DNA from: Candidatus Latescibacterota bacterium | GTDB taxonomy: Bacteria > Latescibacterota > UBA2968 > GCA-2709665 | Direction: 5' to 3' | Length of the DNA: 64,000 nt | Assembly: GCA_965205485.1 (NCBI GenBank) | Contig: OZ242180.1 | Coordinates: 1,952,001-2,016,000 of the forward strand | Notes under the pieces: model-generated | The model's input: only the letters and a program-made list of their open reading frames with translations | What the model was told of the DNA's origin: nothing | Database searches by the model: none | Made by a program: the position numbers and the translations under genes | Part shown: positions 21,730-31,707 of the stretch, in pieces | Numbering within the stretch: position 1 is the first letter of the stretch | Layout: every line of letters starts with the position of its first letter

Positions 21730-23406
21730 TCAGGCCGGCGGCGACCACGCCGGCGGCGCAATGCCCTCGATGTGGGTCTTGACGTCGATCACGGCCGGTT
21801 TTCCAGATGTAATCGCCTCGTCGAGGGCGCTTCCGAACGCTTCCGCCCTTCGTACCGTGATGCCCACGCAGTCCATCGATTCCGCCATTTTCGCAAAGTC
21901 GCCGTCCGTCATATGCCAGAGCTCGTCGGACCCCGGTTCCGGGCCTCCGTAGATATCTTCGTTGAGTTCCTTCTCCTGGTTGAGAGAATGGTTGTTGTTG
22001 ACCACAACGACAACGGGAATGTCGTTTCGAACGGCGGTGTCCAGTTCCGTGACGTGATACCAGATGCCGCCGTCGCCGGTGAAGCACACGACCGGCCGGT
22101 CCGGAGCGGCGCACCGGGCGCCGACGGCCGCGGGAATGCCCCAGCCGAGGGATCCGGAACATCGGATATAGGACTGACCCGGATGGATGAGATCGATCAG
22201 GGTTCCGGTCCAGATTCCGGAGTGGCCGGTATCGGAAACGAGGATGGCGTCGGCGGGCAGATGCCGGGTCAGTTCCCTGCACAGGCGCTCGGGTCGAATG
22301 GGAACCTCGTCCGAATTGACGAACGGGGCCACGCTCTCCCGCCATTGGGAGGTGAGTTGCCGGACGCGCGACGACCATTCGCCTCGCGCGACGGAGGCCG
22401 GCGCGGCATCGATCAACCTGGAAAGTCCGGCTTTTGCGTCGGCTTGAATACCGAGCCGGATCGGATAGGAGCGTCCGATCTCGGACGGGTTGATATCGAG
22501 TTGAATGACATGGGTCCCGGCCGGGGGAACGCTCCAGTCGTTCGTGACCTGACCGCCGGTATGGCTTCCGACAAAGAAGACCAGGTCCGCCTCGCAGACG
22601 GCGCGGTTTGCGCACTCCCGGGAATACAATCCGCAGACGCCCACGGCGAGGGGATGGTCGAAAGGGAAGGCTTCCTTGGCGTTCAACGACGTGGCCACGG
22701 GTATGGAGAGCCTTTCCGCGAACCCTCGCAACGCTGCGCTGGCCCCGGAGGAGACGATCCCGCCGCCGGCGACGACAATCGGGCGTTCAGCGGCGGCCAG
22801 CAGATCGATCGCCTTGCGGACGGCCTCCGGGTCGGGCTCGGGCCGGAAGGGAGGCAGTTGGGCGAAGGGTTCTTCGGCCACCACGTCCAGATCGGCTTCG
22901 GCGTTCGCCACCACGTCTCCGATGAAACCCGCCATGTCGAGATGAACGGGCCCGGGCGTTCCCGTGGTTGCTTCACGGAAGGCCTGCCTCAGGAAATAGG
23001 GGAGTTGCTCGGGCCGGTCCACCAGAACGTTGTACTTGGTGACGGCGTCGAAAGGCGCTACGTGGTCCACTTCCTGATAGGCGTGCCGGTGCCGGTTGAT
23101 CTGGGTCTGACGGCCAGTGATGGCAATTACGGGAGAACACGCGAGATACGCGTCCTGGAGCCCGGCGGCGAGGTTTGCGGCCCCCACGGATTGCGCCATG
23201 CAGATGCCGGCGCCCCGGCGGACCCGGGCATAGGCGTCGGCCATATAGGCCGCGCTCTTCTCACCGTGGGTCATGATGCGCCGGATACCCAGCCGTTCCA
23301 TTTCCATCAGGGCACGAGGCGCGATCACGGGCATGAAGAACACGTGGGTGATCCCGTATCCGTGGACCGTCTCGGCGATGAACCGGCCGCCGGTCAGGCG
23401 GGGCAT
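21730..23406 (-). CDS. Thiamine-diphosphate-dependent enzyme (acetolactate synthase-like)
   Basis: HGEKSAAYMADAYAR, GPVHLD, GSLGWGIPAA, TGDGG...NN; AGAGGAGAGG RBS before MPRLTGG. Confidence 0.9.
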   Translation of the reverse strand: MPRLTGGRFIAETVHGYGITHVFFMPVIAPRALMEMERLGIRRIMTHGEKSAAYMADAYARVRRGAGICMAQSVGAANLAAGLQDAYLACSPVIAITGRQTQINRHRHAYQEVDHVAPFDAVTKYNVLVDRPEQLPYFLRQAFREATTGTPGPVHLDMAGFIGDVVANAEADLDVVAEEPFAQLPPFRPEPDPEAVRKAIDLLAAAERPIVVAGGGIVSSGASAALRGFAERLSIPVATSLNAKEAFPFDHPLAVGVCGLYSRECANRAVCEADLVFFVGSHTGGQVTNDWSVPPAGTHVIQLDINPSEIGRSYPIRLGIQADAKAGLSRLIDAAPASVARGEWSSRVRQLTSQWRESVAPFVNSDEVPIRPERLCRELTRHLPADAILVSDTGHSGIWTGTLIDLIHPGQSYIRCSGSLGWGIPAAVGARCAAPDRPVVCFTGDGGIWYHVTELDTAVRNDIPVVVVVNNNHSLNQEKELNEDIYGGPEPGSDELWHMTDGDFAKMAESMDCVGITVRRAEAFGSALDEAITSGKPAVIDVKTHIEGIAPPAWSPPA

Positions 23407-23462
23407 AAATCCTCTCCTCTGCGATGAGGCGACGGGCGCCGCATCACTTTCAGCGGTTAGAA

Positions 23463-23686
23463 CACTGGACACGATCGCCTTGCAACCGAAGGCAATCTGC
23501 CCGCTATCACGACATGATCCACTCGCTCCCGGGGAACGCCATCCACACCGGTCCCAAATCGGTTTCTGTCCTGCACAGCCATGGCCAAAAGAACATGACC
23601 TGCATTGGCACTACGAAACGACTATAAAAAAAGAAGGTACTTACGCATCCGGGATCGTCTTTACCAAACGACCTTCGACAGCAGTG
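23463..23686. mobile_element. MITE-like element, copy lacking the REP doublet
   Basis: CACTG...GACAGCAGTG ends; internal similarity to 31270-31632. Confidence 0.55.
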
Positions 23687-23960
23687 TAACGGTATTTTTG
23701 GATTCAGGTTGGCTGGCCGAGGTCGAAGGGCCCACGCGAACGGAAATCTAAACCGTACCGATTGATTTTGAAAGTAAAAACGGCACGGGCAGGGCACATT
23801 GGGACGGGCGATTGCTTCTCCCCTGCTTCGGCTCTTTCCCGTTCCCCCGGGCTACCCGTTTCTTTTCCGGGCGCTGAACCGGGCATTTCCGCTTGACTTT
23901 TCAACCTGCGTGGGAGATTATGAAAGCTGCTGTTCTTGGCAGATAATCCAGGAGGACGGT

Positions 23961-24953
23961 TTGGATTTTTCTCTGTATTTGCCCATCGCGGGCACGAGCG
24001 TCAACCTGTGGTTGTTGCTCACGCTGGGCGCTGGCGTCGGGCTGCTTTCGGGTCTGTTCGGGGTGGGCGGCGGGTTTCTGCTGACGCCTCTCCTGATCAT
24101 GATCGGGATACCTCCCACCATCGCGGCGGCATCAGATGCCAATCAGATCGTGGCGGCTTCGGCATCCGGGGTCTATGCCCACTGGAGGTTGAAAAACGTC
24201 GATCTTCGGATGGCCCTGTTGTTGATTGTCGGAGGGTTCGCCGGCGGCACTGCCGGCGTGCAGATCATCAAGGTGTTGCGGGCGGTCGGCAGCGCGGATC
24301 TCGCGATACAAATCGGCTACGTCTTCATGCTGGCGACCGTGGGCGGCATCATGTTCGTGGACGGGCTTCTGGGGCGGCGCGCGGGTACAGTCGTGAGGGC
24401 GGCGGACCGTGCCAGGCGGGAATTGCGGATAACCTGGGCGGAGCGCCCGCTGGCCTGGGTGAACAAAATAGGTGGTATGGCGTCATGGTTCGTCCGGCTC
24501 AACCGTGCGCTGCCGTGGAGAATCCGGTTCGAGACGGCCGGAACCACCATGTCCGTGCTCGTTCCATTGGGGCTGGGAATCCTGGTGGGCATGCTCGCCG
24601 CGATTTTGGGCGTGGGCGGCGGCTTCATCATGGTGCCGACCATGTTGTACCTGCTGAAGATGCCCATGCCCGTGGTGGTGGGAACCAGCCTGCTGCAGGT
24701 GATGTTTACGTGTATCAACGTCACCCTGATGCACGCCTATACCAATCATACGGTGGATTTCGTGCTGGCATTGATGCTGCTTGCAGGGTCAACGCTGGGG
24801 ACCCAGGCGGGCGTCCGGATCGGCAGGCGCCTGGGGGCGGAGCAGTTCAAGATGCTTCTCGCCGCGATTGTGCTCCTGGTGATGGGAAAGATGCTGTCGG
24901 ATCTTCTGTCGGCGCCTGCTATCCTGCTTGCCGATTGGGGAGGGAGGGCATGA
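23961..24953 (+). CDS. TauE/SafE family sulfite/anion exporter
   Basis: Duplicated GLFGVGGGF / ILGVGGGF motifs; LYLPIA N-terminus; GGAGG RBS with TTG start. Confidence 0.88.
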   Translation: MDFSLYLPIAGTSVNLWLLLTLGAGVGLLSGLFGVGGGFLLTPLLIMIGIPPTIAAASDANQIVAASASGVYAHWRLKNVDLRMALLLIVGGFAGGTAGVQIIKVLRAVGSADLAIQIGYVFMLATVGGIMFVDGLLGRRAGTVVRAADRARRELRITWAERPLAWVNKIGGMASWFVRLNRALPWRIRFETAGTTMSVLVPLGLGILVGMLAAILGVGGGFIMVPTMLYLLKMPMPVVVGTSLLQVMFTCINVTLMHAYTNHTVDFVLALMLLAGSTLGTQAGVRIGRRLGAEQFKMLLAAIVLLVMGKMLSDLLSAPAILLADWGGRA

Positions 24954-25690
24954 TCTGCCGGGTCTGGGCAAGTGTGTTGACGATGCTAATCGCCGTGCCG
25001 TGCGCGGCGGAACCGTCGCTCCAACTGTCTCCCTCGCGGGTCGAGGTCGACCTCTTTTTCAGGGGCGCGGGACTGGTCGCGAACGGGACGGTTCGGAGGG
25101 ACTGCCAGGTCGTTTTGAAACTGGAAGGGGAACGGAGCGCCGCCGCGTATCGCAGAAAGGACAAACGCGGCCCCGTGTGGGTGAGTATGGGCAGCGTCGT
25201 GTTCGACGCGCTGCCGGGGCTCTATATGGTCGCCGCCTCAAGCGATTCTGCGGACCTCGAACGGCAGCTGGAAATCGTCGGGGAGGGGTTCGGCGCGCTT
25301 CGACGAAGCGTCACCATCGAGCAGTCGCCTCCGGGCGATGACGGGTTCGTATTCGACGAGTTTCTGCGTCTGAAGATTCAACGGGGATTCTACGCGGTCC
25401 GGCCGGGTTCGGTAGCCTTGTCCGACCGGGACGGCGCATTCACCGGTTTTCGTGTGGAATTCCGGGTTCCGCCCGCTGTTCGGCCCGGAACCTATCGCGC
25501 CACGCTGTACTGTTTCAACGAACACACGCTGATCTCGGAAACCACACAGTCGATTTCTGTCGAAAAAACCGGGCTTGTACGGGTGCTCTCCAACGTCGCC
25601 TTTCAACACGGGGGTCTTTACGGCATCGTCTCGGTTCTCGTGGCGCTGGCTGCGGGGTTGGTCGTGGGTATGATATTCCGTAAATTGTAA
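24950..25690 (+). CDS. TIGR02186-like exported protein with C-terminal membrane anchor
   Basis: Signal peptide, RRKDKRGPVWV, VEKTG, C-terminal YG+TM; ATGA overlap with tauE. Confidence 0.75.
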   Translation: MICRVWASVLTMLIAVPCAAEPSLQLSPSRVEVDLFFRGAGLVANGTVRRDCQVVLKLEGERSAAAYRRKDKRGPVWVSMGSVVFDALPGLYMVAASSDSADLERQLEIVGEGFGALRRSVTIEQSPPGDDGFVFDEFLRLKIQRGFYAVRPGSVALSDRDGAFTGFRVEFRVPPAVRPGTYRATLYCFNEHTLISETTQSISVEKTGLVRVLSNVAFQHGGLYGIVSVLVALAAGLVVGMIFRKL

Positions 25691-25839
25691 CGGGCGTATC
25701 ACGATGGATTATCGGGCGGGGACATACGGGGTTCATTCAGACTGGACAGGCGGCGCGACGGGGACGTCCGGAGTCGAAACGGCTCCTCTCCGGCTGAGTC
25801 CGGAGTCCTGGACCCGCCGCCTGTGAAAGGAGTTGCGGC

Positions 25840-26613
25840 ATGACTAATGTTCGGACGACGCTGGCGGTTTGTCTTTCGTTGGGCATATTCGCGATTGACG
25901 GGCGGGCAGGCGCGGACAAGATGTCAACCGGGGATGTGAAGACCGATGGTTTGATGGTCGCCATTCAGGAAAAGCTGAAGTCAGTCAAAACGTGTGAATT
26001 CCGCGTCAGGACCCTGTTGACGGTAGAAGGCGAGCAATATGAAATCCTGGACGACATCACCGCTCAGACACCGGCAAGGATGCACGTGGCCCGTGTGCTT
26101 GCCGGCCGGATCCGTCAGACGATTGTGTCTGACGGCAGCCTGATGTGGCGTTACGATCCCGAAGAGAAGATCGTCTACCGGATCAACATGGCAAGAGTCT
26201 ACCGGGCGACGCAGGTGGAAGCGGATGCGGACCAGCCGAATCCCATGCGTCCTTTCCGAGCGCTCGAGTGGAAGTCAATCCGTTATTCAGAAACGGACAC
26301 GTTGAAGGGCGAGATCCTTCGGGTGTTCGAAGCGACGCCGGAGGTGACGCTGTTGAATGCCGAGCTCCCGGAGCCGCCTTCCAGGGTCCGTTTCTCGGTC
26401 CACCCTGAAGATGGACTGGTGAGGGAGGTGCGGTATTTTAACGCCGGGGGCGGGGAGCTGCTGTCAAGGCGATTTGAAACCTTGAAAACAAACGTAAAGG
26501 TGGACGAAGAACGGTTCGAATTCGTCGTGCCGGCGGGGGTTCATGTGATGGACGTGACGGACGACATCATCGACCTGATCAAGACGACGAAGCCGGGGCG
26601 GCCTAAAGAATAG
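25840..26613 (+). CDS. LolA-like periplasmic lipoprotein carrier fold protein
   Basis: Signal peptide, IVSDGSLMWRYDPE, C-terminal FEFVVPAGVHV-D. Confidence 0.7.
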   Translation: MTNVRTTLAVCLSLGIFAIDGRAGADKMSTGDVKTDGLMVAIQEKLKSVKTCEFRVRTLLTVEGEQYEILDDITAQTPARMHVARVLAGRIRQTIVSDGSLMWRYDPEEKIVYRINMARVYRATQVEADADQPNPMRPFRALEWKSIRYSETDTLKGEILRVFEATPEVTLLNAELPEPPSRVRFSVHPEDGLVREVRYFNAGGGELLSRRFETLKTNVKVDEERFEFVVPAGVHVMDVTDDIIDLIKTTKPGRPKE

Positions 26614-26683
26614 AACGTCGAAATCCGGGAGATCTCAAGAAGCCGTCAGCGACCCATCACCGTTCCCCTCCCTAAATACGTTT

Positions 26684-28003
26684 CTAAAGGGCCATTCCGA
26701 AGGACGTGGCCAGCAGAGTGGCCAGACCCAGAAAACTGACGAACCCGATGACGTCCGTTACGGTAGTCAGGAAAATTGACGCCGACTGGGCCGGGTCCTT
26801 CCCCAGGGCCGTGAGAACAATGGGAATGATCGCCCCCGTGAGACTGGCCATGGACATTGAAAACACCATCGATACGGCCAGCACTAGGGGAAGCCCGATC
26901 GTACCGGACCAAAGGTATGCGGCCAGCGATGCGACCAGAGCAATGGCCAACCCGTTGACAAACCCGGCCAGCAGTTCTTTCCGGGCAACGCGAAACCAGC
27001 GTCGCGGCCTGAACTCCCGCAACGCCAGGCCGCGAGACGTCACCGCCAGGGCCTGGGCGCCGGTATTGCCCGCCTGCCCGGCGACCACGGGCAGAAAGAC
27101 CGCGAGGGCAGTAAATCTGGCGATGGTATCCTCGAAAAGGGCCACGGCAGCTGCCGCGAGAAAGGCCGTCCCCAGATTGACCTGCAGCCACGGCAGCCGC
27201 TTGCGTACTGCAAGCACCGGGCCGGAAAGGGCGCGTTCGTCTTTGCCGGCGCCAACCATGGTCACCAGATTATCGCTAGCTTCGTGTCTGGCGGCATCCA
27301 CCAGCGCATCGTGGCGGATGATTCCGCAGAGCCGGCCGTCAACCCCGCCGACAACCGGCAGCGAAGCCAGTTTGTGAGCCTCGAGCAGTTCCACCACTTC
27401 CTCCCTCGATGACATGGCCTGCACGTACACGGGAGGGCCCTGCGCCAATTGCCCAAGGCGGTCGCCCGGCTGGGCGACCGCGACCTCCTGAAGCGTAAGT
27501 ACCGCGCTCAGCGCCCCGTCGTCGTCCACCACGCACAGATCGTGAATGCGCCGTTCCGGAAACGACCGGATGCGGGTGAGCGCCTCCTCCGCGGTTTCGT
27601 CGACATTGAAAACCGACACCGAGCTATCCATGATCTGACCTGCAGACCCGGACGGATAGCTCATCAGTTCCCGCATTTCACCGGCCAGTCTCTCTGGCAG
27701 AGCGGCCAGGCGCTCGGTTCGGTCTTCCGGCGACAGCCGGGCCAGGAGTGAAGCGGCCACCCCTTCGTCCATCGCCGCCCATAGACGCCGGAACAATGTC
27801 TCGTCCATGGCTTCCAGGAGAACGACGGCCCGATCCGGGTCCAGGCGTTCAAAGACCTGCGCGGCCCTGTCTCCAACCTGGGTTTCAATCAGTTCGAGAG
27901 CCTCGGGGACGGGTGTTGAGGCCAGCGCGCGCGCGGCCTCACCCGGATGGAGACGAAAATAGGCCCTGATCAGGGCCTGCTGGGCACTCGCGTCTTCAGT
28001 CAT
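26684..28003 (-). CDS. mgtE: Magnesium transporter MgtE
   Basis: N-domain, CBS pair, KRLPWL-VN, AGQAGNTGAQ, DPA..TTVTDV. Confidence 0.9.
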   Translation of the reverse strand: MTEDASAQQALIRAYFRLHPGEAARALASTPVPEALELIETQVGDRAAQVFERLDPDRAVVLLEAMDETLFRRLWAAMDEGVAASLLARLSPEDRTERLAALPERLAGEMRELMSYPSGSAGQIMDSSVSVFNVDETAEEALTRIRSFPERRIHDLCVVDDDGALSAVLTLQEVAVAQPGDRLGQLAQGPPVYVQAMSSREEVVELLEAHKLASLPVVGGVDGRLCGIIRHDALVDAARHEASDNLVTMVGAGKDERALSGPVLAVRKRLPWLQVNLGTAFLAAAAVALFEDTIARFTALAVFLPVVAGQAGNTGAQALAVTSRGLALREFRPRRWFRVARKELLAGFVNGLAIALVASLAAYLWSGTIGLPLVLAVSMVFSMSMASLTGAIIPIVLTALGKDPAQSASIFLTTVTDVIGFVSFLGLATLLATSFGMAL

Positions 28004-28165
28004 ATCTGACTCCTTGTACGATGAGTCCTTCCCTTCCTTCGAATTAAGGGAGCCTGGGGACGAGGTCGTTACCTTTGATAAGTCGATTCGCATCTTTCCG
28101 GAAAGGCTTGTGAATAGCTGCCAGTGAAATGACTCCTGCAGATAACGGAAAACCTGCTCTGCGAA

Positions 28166-29017
28166 TTATTCCGGCCAGGGTCGGGATCGATCGCCCGTGG
28201 GGGGCTGGATGTTTTCCGCTCCGAGGGCGCTCCTGGCCAGGGCCGACAGACCGATGCGATAGAGTTCTCCCAGTGCGGCGCCCGCCTCGCCCGCGTGCAA
28301 GAGTCTGTCCGTATGTCCGGTCAGTTGGCAGAGGGTCTTGTGGCGCAACGCACCGACGAACAGGCTTTGTTCGTCGAGTACGGGCAGCGTGTGAAAATCC
28401 GTCCAGGAAGGATGGACGAGCACCGAATCCACCGAATCGTCCGTTCGCAGGAACATCACGTCGCGGCCCATAAATGAGGCGACGATTATCGCTTCATCGG
28501 CAGCAAGGAGTTCCCCGAGGCTGAAAACCCCGGCCATTGTCCGGTCGCGATCCACAACATATACGTAACCCAACACCCGGGCCTGACTGGTTCGCAATCT
28601 GGCCAGCGCCTCGCCGGCGGAGATTTCAGGCGGCACGGTGAATACCTGAGATTCCATCAGTGCGCCGGCGGTCTCCTCCCGGTAACGAAGTAGTGGATTC
28701 AGATTCCTGGTGAGATCTTCGGGCAACACTTTTAAGATCGCCTTTCTCGACTTCGGCTCCAGCCGGCGAACGAGGTGCGCCGCCCGGTCCGCCGCCAACC
28801 CGCCCAACGCGTCGGCTGCCACCTCGGCGGGAATACGCTCGAGACAGGCCGCGGCGGTACTCGATTCCATCGTGTTGAGTAAAGGGGTGGCAAGTTCGGT
28901 CGGGACCTGGGAGAAGAAGGGAACAAGGTCATCCAGCGAGCAGTTCTCCAGTTCGCGTGCGGCTTCCGCGGCGTGTACGCGGATAAATTGATGTATTACA
29001 TTCGATGCCCCGTTCAT
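28166..29017 (-). CDS. Soluble MgtE N-domain + CBS pair protein (no membrane domain)
   Basis: LRYREETAGALM, YVYVVD, LPVLD; no hydrophobic C-terminus. Confidence 0.8.
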   Translation of the reverse strand: MNGASNVIHQFIRVHAAEAARELENCSLDDLVPFFSQVPTELATPLLNTMESSTAAACLERIPAEVAADALGGLAADRAAHLVRRLEPKSRKAILKVLPEDLTRNLNPLLRYREETAGALMESQVFTVPPEISAGEALARLRTSQARVLGYVYVVDRDRTMAGVFSLGELLAADEAIIVASFMGRDVMFLRTDDSVDSVLVHPSWTDFHTLPVLDEQSLFVGALRHKTLCQLTGHTDRLLHAGEAGAALGELYRIGLSALARSALGAENIQPPTGDRSRPWPE

Positions 29018-29021
29018 CGTA

Positions 29022-29834
29022 TCAATTCCTCTCGACAAGCAGAATGGACGCCCGTTCGGCAAACACCGACGCGGGCACCGAGACTCGTCCTTCTTCGGCG
29101 TCAAGCACCACGGCCGTGGCGGTGATCTGGACAATCTCTCCCTGGTGGTCCCCAACGCTGACCCGATGGCCGACCCGGTAGGTCTTCTGCAGGTAGTATG
29201 AAGCCAGGATATTGGCCACGGTGGTACGGGCCCCGAGAGCGAAGGTCAGTGCGCTGCCAAGCAGGGCGATACCGAGTACGAGTAGAAGCCCGCTGGTCAG
29301 CAGGTCGACGTTCAGACCCGCCTGGTTTACGGCAATCAGGGCACTCGCGACCACGACAGCCATCTGACCCAGACGCGCGAGGGCCGTCGCGTAGGCAATC
29401 CCCGTCGACAGGATTACATCCCTGAGAAACTGACCGCCGATCAGGCCGGCGAACAGGATCAGGACTGCCGCGAGGAACCGCGGCAGATACACGACGATGC
29501 CGTTGAGCCAGACGGACACCACGGGCAGCCCGAGTATCTCGGTAGCCAGGGTGAGGAAAAAGAGCAAAACCAGCCAGAAGAGCACACGACCGACCGCCCA
29601 GCCGGCCGCGTTCCGGAATTCCGCTCCTCGCCCTCGGTGCAGCCTGAGCTTCGGAACCAGCCGGTCCAGCCCGGCGATCAGCCTGCGGCTCAGGGCGCGC
29701 ACCAGATACGCCAGCGCCAGACCGAGCAATGCCAGCGCAAGGGCGCCCGCGACCCGCGGTGCGGCATCGATCACCTGGTGGGCTATTTGCTGGATCTGCA
29801 CCTTGAGTTGGGCGATCACTTCCTGGTAAGACAA
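29022..29834 (-). CDS. Small-conductance mechanosensitive channel-like membrane protein (TM-helix repeat type)
   Basis: Y-LPRFLAA repeat, FALGA..VANILA, GEIVQI beta-domain. Confidence 0.75.
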   Translation of the reverse strand: MSYQEVIAQLKVQIQQIAHQVIDAAPRVAGALALALLGLALAYLVRALSRRLIAGLDRLVPKLRLHRGRGAEFRNAAGWAVGRVLFWLVLLFFLTLATEILGLPVVSVWLNGIVVYLPRFLAAVLILFAGLIGGQFLRDVILSTGIAYATALARLGQMAVVVASALIAVNQAGLNVDLLTSGLLLVLGIALLGSALTFALGARTTVANILASYYLQKTYRVGHRVSVGDHQGEIVQITATAVVLDAEEGRVSVPASVFAERASILLVERN

Positions 29835-29902
29835 TTCACGGGTCCTTTCTCATCAGAAAATTCTGAAACGGCCGATTTATGTCGTCCCGTTTTCCCCACT
29901 GC

Positions 29903-31069
29903 TTACCTCGTCAGGCCGGGAATCCCTCGACGGGTGTCCTCCACGACGAGGTCGACCACTTCCCGCAGGGCTTCAGGTTCCGAATCGCCTTCCAGTCGCC
30001 GCAGGCGGAAATGGTCGATCTGGCGGTCCGCGCCGGTACCGTTTCGTATGACGGTCAGCGCATGGCGCAGTTCAGGCTCGCAATTCAGCGCCCGCGCGTC
30101 TTCCGCAAGATCGTCCACGAGCGAGTGCGCGAGTTCGTCGATGTCCGTGCGTCCCTTTCCACCGGTATTGCCCAGGAAGGCAAGCACGCCGTATCGTTGC
30201 GCGAGCCAGCAGTTTTCGGCGATCAACTCTGTTGGCGGCTCCGGCGGAAGCCGACCCTCCAGATCCAGCCGGAGCAGGTAACGCACAAGAGAAGCATATA
30301 ACGCGACCACGCAGACCGCTTCTTCGATGGTGTGGCAGATGTCGCAGATGCGCAGTTCCACCGTTGGATAGGCGCGGGATGGCCGGATATGCCACCAGAG
30401 TTCGGTGCTGTCCTGGATGAAATCCATTCGCTGGTAGCCGGATACGAGAAGGTCGAATTCGTCCCACGTCTCAAGAGGCGCGGGGAGGCCCGTGCGCGGC
30501 AGACTGCTGAAGAGCGTGATCCTGTAGGACTTGAATCCGGTTTCCCCGCCGCTGCTGAACGGAGATGAAGCCGAAAGCGCGTGGAGCAGCGGAAGGTGCT
30601 GCCGCAGTGCCGTCATTACCCTCACGCGGCTGTCCGCGTCACCGAATCCGGCGTGAATGTGCATCCCGCCGACGAGCAGTTCTCTAACCGCCTGCTGATA
30701 GGTCGTTGCGAATTGTTCGTAACGCCGTCCTGCGGTAACGACCTGGCTGCGCCAGGCCGCAAAGGGATGGGTGGAGGCGGCCATGACCGCTGCTCCGTAA
30801 TTTGCCGCCACATTGATAACCAGGCGTCGGGTCTCCACCAGGGCTTCGCGGACCTCTGCAACGGATTGGCAGACTCTGGTGGTGGTTTCGATCTGGGATC
30901 GGAGGAATTCCGCAACAACCTTGTGGCGTCCTCGGTTCTTATCGCAATCCTCGAAAATTCGAGAGTCCGGATCCGGCAGCAGATTGCGGGTTCCCGGATC
31001 TACGAGGAAGAACTCTTCCTCGATCCCGAGTGTAATTGCAAGGGGATCGTCGTTTTTACCCTGCGCCAC
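29903..31069 (-). CDS. Carboxylate-amine ligase (YbdK/GCS2 glutamate-cysteine ligase family)
   Basis: TLGIEEEFFLVD, ASTHPF, GMHIHAG, ALSASSPF, WWHIRP, TVELRICD. Confidence 0.9.
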   Translation of the reverse strand: MAQGKNDDPLAITLGIEEEFFLVDPGTRNLLPDPDSRIFEDCDKNRGRHKVVAEFLRSQIETTTRVCQSVAEVREALVETRRLVINVAANYGAAVMAASTHPFAAWRSQVVTAGRRYEQFATTYQQAVRELLVGGMHIHAGFGDADSRVRVMTALRQHLPLLHALSASSPFSSGGETGFKSYRITLFSSLPRTGLPAPLETWDEFDLLVSGYQRMDFIQDSTELWWHIRPSRAYPTVELRICDICHTIEEAVCVVALYASLVRYLLRLDLEGRLPPEPPTELIAENCWLAQRYGVLAFLGNTGGKGRTDIDELAHSLVDDLAEDARALNCEPELRHALTVIRNGTGADRQIDHFRLRRLEGDSEPEALREVVDLVVEDTRRGIPGLTR

Positions 31070-31269
31070 TTTGCCTCCTCGAACTCCCGGGGGTTTTGGA
31101 ACGGATACATTTCGGCGCCGGCCTGCCGGTCCTCAGGACGGCACTCGTTTGTGTACTTGAAGTGTACCGGAGTCGCTCTATATTTCTCGCTGCCGGCCTG
31201 GCGGTTGCCTCCGGCCGGGTATATTTATACCACATTTGCCTCTTGCAGCGCAACTGTTTTTCATTTTTT

Positions 31270-31632
31270 CACTGCCGTCCGGGATCGTTTTTTCAAACCG
31301 CTATCACGACATGATCCACCCGTACCCCGAGCGAGGGCATCCTGCCCTCGAACTTCGCGTCGCCTACCCCTATTCGTGTCGAGCGCCCGACGTGTCCATT
31401 CAATCCGACACCGGTTCGCGGAAAACACGGTGTGCGACGAGCTATCCGACGTCGAGGGCAGGATGCCCTCGCTCCCGGGAACGCCAACCACACCGGTCCA
31501 AAATCGGTACCTGTTATGGACAGCCGTGGCCAGGAGAATGTGGCCTGCATTGGCACTACGATACGACGATCAAGAAAACCAGGTACTTACGCATCCAGGA
31601 TCGTCCTTTGCAAACTGTCCTGGACAGCAGTG
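31270..31632. mobile_element. MITE-like element with imperfect 15-bp terminal inverted repeats and a nested REP doublet
   Basis: CACTGCCGTCCGGGA vs TCCTGGACAGCAGTG (13/15 complementary); perfect 22-bp inverted repeat at 31329-31350 / 31453-31474. Confidence 0.65.
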
Positions 31633-31707
31633 ATTTGTCACCGTCATTGAACGTCTGATTTGCTCACACGGAACCGGTTTCAGGGACATTGCTCCCGGGA
31701 GGGCATT

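Noticed and set aside
20816..22615. 599-aa ORF as a fusion protein (likewise 23936-25690, 584 aa)
   Set aside because: The N-terminal parts overlap the upstream gene in another frame and look non-coding; real starts are at 21706 and 24950
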